A DNA stretch of 63,653 bases, the filler included, from Vannella sp. (taxonomy: Eukaryota): NCBI GenBank assembly GCA_023345925.1. It is 6 parts of 6 records of this genome, joined end to end, with 100 filler letters (N's around TTAATTAATTAA, not from the genome) between each part and the next. Parts side by side here need not be neighbours in the genome. Positions count along the whole stretch, not along the records: positions 40,399 to 62,106 come from JAJQQN010001301.1; positions 62,207 to 63,653 come from JAJQQN010000358.1; 4 more parts are not named here. One strand, 5' to 3'. The notes beneath the pieces were generated by a model. That model was not told where the DNA came from. It saw nothing but the letters and a program-made list of their open reading frames with translations, and ran no database searches. This document shows, one piece after another, positions 60,501 to 63,653 of the stretch. The number at the start of each line of letters is the position of its first letter. Within the stretch, counting starts at the first letter, position 1. The position numbers and the translations under genes are program-made.

Positions 60501-61901
60501 GCTAGTGAAGTTTTAGAATGCCACATGCTTATGGCGCTCAGTGACAGTACAGAGCACCTTATTCTAATTGGCGACCACATGCAACTCAGTCCAAAGGTGA
60601 CCGAAATGACTCTGACTGGTGAACCCTTGAACTTCGACCGGTCACTCTTCGAGCGTCTTGTGTCTCCCTTTGACGCTATGGGCGATAAGCAGCGCGCAGG
60701 TAGGGTGGTAACTTTAAATGTCCAGCGGCGTATGCATCCATCCATCTCTCAGCTTATCAGGCACCCTGAACTCTACCCGAATCTGAAGGATTTGCCGACA
60801 ATTGAGGAGTATGTTCCAGCTGGCTTTCCCTTTAACGTTTGGTTTTTGGACCACAATGGACCAGAGAGTCAACCGCGCAACTCGACTTCTCATTGTAATC
60901 TTCAAGAGGCACGGATTGCTCTTCAAATGGCCAAGTTTCTCGTTTATCAAGGAAACAGGGAGATCGTCATCATCTCTCCCTACCAGGCTCAAATTGATGA
61001 GTTCAACAGAATGCTAGATGAACCTGAATATCAAATGCAATTGGAAGTGCCCGGTAACTATGGGCCGGAACTACAAACGTTCCCTTTGCGGAACTCTATC
61101 CGATTGGCAACCATCGATAGCTTCCAAGGAGAAGAGTCGGGTATAGTCATCCTTTCTCTTGTCCGGAACAATGCCCAAGGCGGAATGGGGTTCCTTAACC
61201 GCAACCGAATCAACGTTATGCTGTCACGGGCAAAGTACTGCCTTATCGTTCTGGGTTCCACAAAGACCATCATGAAGAAACGGGGCAAAAATCAAACCGC
61301 CGTGCTTTCTGACGCTGTGAAGACCCTCCAATCCCAGAACCGAGTCCATGAGGAACTTCCTCTTCGCTGCTTCAATCATAGCACTGAGATTCAATATGCA
61401 CATCCAGACCATCTCGACAAGTATTGCAAGGATGGTGGTTGCGACAAGCCATGCGAGGGTGTCTACTACAGATGTGGCCATGCCTGTCCGAGGAATTGCC
61501 ATTACCACGACCGAGAGCACAAGTTCGACTGTCCCAAAATACTGGAAAAGGTCTACCCGGGCTGCCTCCATGTGCAGAACTATCCTTGTTCCGGTCCTGT
61601 GCCAAACCAATGCCCTGAGGTGGTTGCGGTTGATGCGCTGAAGGAGTGTCCTCATTTGACTGTCCCATGCCACAAGTTGAAAGAGCGTGAGCTCCCTGGG
61701 TACAAGTGTCGGCAGCCATGTCCTGAGATCTGCCAGTCCTGCAACCAAACCTGCCTTACTCCTTGTTACGAATGTGCTCACAATGATCGCAAACAAAAAC
61801 GACGGAACGAGGCCACCTGCTCGCGTTGCCAGAAACGAGAGGAAGTTCCCAAGAAGAAGAAGAAGTTCGCGAACACGAAGAAGAAGAAGAAGCGGCGCTA
61901 A
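57582..61901 (+). CDS. ZNFX1-like SF1 (UPF1-like) helicase with C-terminal NF-X1-type Cys/His fingers, no introns seen
   Basis: QFRMQREE, IQGPPGTGKS, QTNHALDEFL, CEEASEVLE, LIGDHMQL, SLFERL, QRRMHPSI, TIDSFQGEE, RINVMLSRAK, then GGCDKPC...CGHACPRNCH fingers. Confidence 0.9.
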   Translation: MGKAKKGEPQVREITMAEYLKQQREKLAKLELNTSQRTVELGADFQQKFKLLEKEEEVPEGVKVAKKSNKKKKVAKPKAAVIEVGFSFMSASDSTTDSRPDRSSREECPPRDRASREDRGPRKGKGDRRPKKESYCTLSRELGELEDLAFRGSDIDFEELTESGRLSVEGATNTSWQRFIRFFVDEVEPETCPRTVIELTKHPMFWNAKELNLEVLDDYLQVLRGFLFLPAATEENRLPALLTHLKEMVKKSSKSYGESKVAEWLFVLKECDQRMREIKRVRAEVTAMEDERFSAWQSLQQLPEVLAALSKKQAPRFFDTLQRSGQLEELLNSAIVPEVSDNSVEVRENQISFQKVWIPFIENVIACSERSVLQAIIKHESFFWEIDSVLKKVAPDRKAAVVAFQATLGCLSCIIRLIPSAQDHYRVTPLLTSILALLDKNGGRFEPNGTPNALYIQFHQCTASLVRNADITNLEDLSNQYGWRHTNDKENIDDIRLAPDLEEILCPFQARIPTADGTFEAYVEKQFRMQREEALRGYMKAMQWLIREGHKKVRSDHDFVKSPSQSLKAIFNVFHNFGHKANDTYTFDLPTGVGKSAISQWNYWNTGSGSKDISLNCPMMMMYRRDGGDTRFYPCQVIVPVQVLEPSMDQSGNFHYQAPECAIDVKILNSPWQEKNYKSQRFLIGLKGMFFMTPQAVLDNLKALKGTMPFLKQIQVPPGPPGASQPQFDKSQNYAPAYLRDRKLDFPIGAHFYDDPQLTGFEIGDTYEATLSKFRPFALGLDESQLEAFVASITHPVALIQGPPGTGKSFVGVYIARFLLLNTTRSRPSLPAQLDSELKDDQMEEIGDEESGEQESLSEAESEPFSEQESDEGSKAVLPILVVAQTNHALDEFLMSLISSGAVSRKEVLRMGKSIIRQELRPCLLLRDEKGSIRENACERARACKVVGITTSGCALNPQLIAELKPKVIICEEASEVLECHMLMALSDSTEHLILIGDHMQLSPKVTEMTLTGEPLNFDRSLFERLVSPFDAMGDKQRAGRVVTLNVQRRMHPSISQLIRHPELYPNLKDLPTIEEYVPAGFPFNVWFLDHNGPESQPRNSTSHCNLQEARIALQMAKFLVYQGNREIVIISPYQAQIDEFNRMLDEPEYQMQLEVPGNYGPELQTFPLRNSIRLATIDSFQGEESGIVILSLVRNNAQGGMGFLNRNRINVMLSRAKYCLIVLGSTKTIMKKRGKNQTAVLSDAVKTLQSQNRVHEELPLRCFNHSTEIQYAHPDHLDKYCKDGGCDKPCEGVYYRCGHACPRNCHYHDREHKFDCPKILEKVYPGCLHVQNYPCSGPVPNQCPEVVAVDALKECPHLTVPCHKLKERELPGYKCRQPCPEICQSCNQTCLTPCYECAHNDRKQKRRNEATCSRCQKREEVPKKKKKFANTKKKKKRR

Positions 61902-62106
61902 CGTCTAATGTCATGATCTATTCATCATAAACACAGATCATGAACCCTAAAACTTGCTGTGAGAGAGTTCACGGCCCCACTAAACCACGTCCGCTGGCCC
62001 TGGTTAAAAAGTGCCCTTTAATTCGATCGGGACCTTTACCAATGGACTTTTTATGGGTTTTGGTCGGGGTACTTTTTTGGCTCATTTGACCATCCCTCCA
62101 AACGAG

Positions 62107-62206
62107 NNNNNNNNNNNNNNNNNNNNNNNNNNNNNNNNNNNNNNNNNNNNTTAATTAATTAANNNNNNNNNNNNNNNNNNNNNNNNNNNNNNNNNNNNNN
62201 NNNNNN
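62107..62206. other. artificial contig linker
   Basis: N44-TTAATTAATTAA-N44. Confidence 0.98.
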
Positions 62207-63635
62207 TACAGCAGATCGTCCTGCCAACGTTTGTAGCATCACTAATTTACACATAATATTCCCCATCTTTCAGCGAGGACATGTCAGAGCCTCCAGAGAA
62301 GGGCGACGAAGAGGCCTCTTCTCGGTCAAAGAACTGAGCAGAGGAGATGGACGTGGCTCCACTGAACTGACTGAGCTTGCCTGAGTAGGCGCTGGAGTTT
62401 GCCTGGCGCCTCTCTTCGTCACGACCAAAGTACTGATCGGAGCTGATCGAAGTCACCTTCTTCTCTTCTTTCTTGGGCTCTGCAGCTGCACGGGATGAGT
62501 AAGAAGTATCCACGAAGCCGCCAGTGTTGAGTTCGAAGGAATCCCAGTCGTCCTCTTCTCTCTTCTTCTTAGGAGCTGCAGAAGTGGTAATCGTGGGCTT
62601 AGGTGCCACATTGAGCTTGCTGGCGAAGCTCTGAGAGACGTTCCTGTCTTGAGATCAGTACAAGTGGTGGACCCTCACACCAAAGGGAGACTTACTCAAC
62701 AGTGAGATCAGCCTCTGGCTCATCAACACCGCCATCGTCCCATGCGTCAAAGTCATCAAAATCTTCCTCGATCTTCTGGGAAGCGAGTCCCTTCTTCTTA
62801 GTAGAAACTGCGGCAGCACCGAGCACCCCGCTTCCTGTCTTGCGAACTGCTCCACTTCCTCCCCCGAACTTGCTTGGTTTCCTTGCAGGCTTGTTCGATT
62901 GTACCTTTGGTGCACTGTCAGCCACCTTCTTTCTGGCCTGCGGGGTAGAGAGCTCTTGATCCTCTTCCTCGTCGCTCATGCTAGCAAAGGCTCCCTCGTC
63001 TGATCTACGACATTCTGTTAGGAGTTGAGTAAGGTATTGGAGGGTATGGGCTCACTGGGAGGCGTATTGGGAGAAGGAGCTTCGGGCTGCTGTTGAACCA
63101 GAGCCAGTGGCTTCCTCCTCAAGGAGTTGACGGTAGAGCTCAGCTGCACGAGAGCTATACTTTTCCGTGAACTTCTCCTTTGATGTGTCCGCCCAACCAT
63201 GCTTCCGGAAGTACTCTCTCGCTGTCTCAGAGTCAGTTTGGGCGCTTGATGAGCTGGAGAAGAGAGGAAGCTCACCGCGCTTATTGCCACCAGTTTCCAT
63301 CTTGCGGAGTTGAACAGCAGTCCAAGTATCCAATGCAGTGGAGCTGAAATCAACTGTGAGTGAGAAAGGAGCCTTCTCTTTGGAAGATCCTCCTACCGCA
63401 CGAAGGAGAGGTGTACACCAAGGTTACGGTGGTGCCCTGCACACTCAAGACAAATGTAGATGCCTAACGGCACAGAAGCCCACGTCGGCTTCTTCCCCTG
63501 ACAGTCGAAACACGTCTAGCCCACCGTATCAGCACCACGCCCACCCACAGAACCCACAAGACCCACCCCATTCTCCGGTTGGGTGCGCTGCAGCTTATGA
63601 AAGGTCGCATCGACCTGCGCCTTTGGGACAGCCAT
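62207..63635 (-). CDS. ArfGAP2/3 (Glo3-type), multi-exon, 3' truncated
   Basis: CFDC...[44 protein letters not shown], Glo3 motif SISSDQYFG / [11 protein letters not shown]. Confidence 0.9.
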
Positions 63636-63653
63636 CGACAGAATGATTCCCAA

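Overview
Eukaryotic DNA from a compact, intron-rich protist genome; gene content and LIM/GPS-domain families suggest an amoebozoan-like organism (inference). Most introns are ~40-55 nt, GT..AG, with CTAAC/CTGAC branch points. The window is six separate contigs (1-11625, 11726-17145, 17246-28412, 28513-40298, 40399-62106, 62207-63653) joined by artificial 100-nt linkers (N44-TTAATTAATTAA-N44), so neighbourhood across linkers carries no meaning. Most genes are housekeeping: MPST, PGAM-family phosphatase, TPP1/sedolisin, ATM1/ABCB7, GH27 alpha-galactosidase, MYBBP1A, NPRL3, RRP9, RhoGAP, DDX5/DBP2, DNA2, ArfGAP2/3. Highlights: (1) three ORFs splice in frame into one ~1037-aa putative blue-light receptor kinase (myristoylation motif-LOV-SAM-PB1-like-macro-like-TKL kinase); (2) a head-to-head, apparently intronless pair made of a NUDIX-like/PARP-like/DEAH-helicase/nucleotidyltransferase fusion and a ZNFX1-like SF1 helicase, a candidate antiviral or RNA-surveillance module; (3) a Ras paralogue that naturally has Val at position 12; (4) an unusually long, hairpin-rich intron in DDX5/DBP2; (5) an LRR-mucin-GPS receptor with one LRR per exon. 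All domain calls come from motif recognition by eye; no database searches were run.
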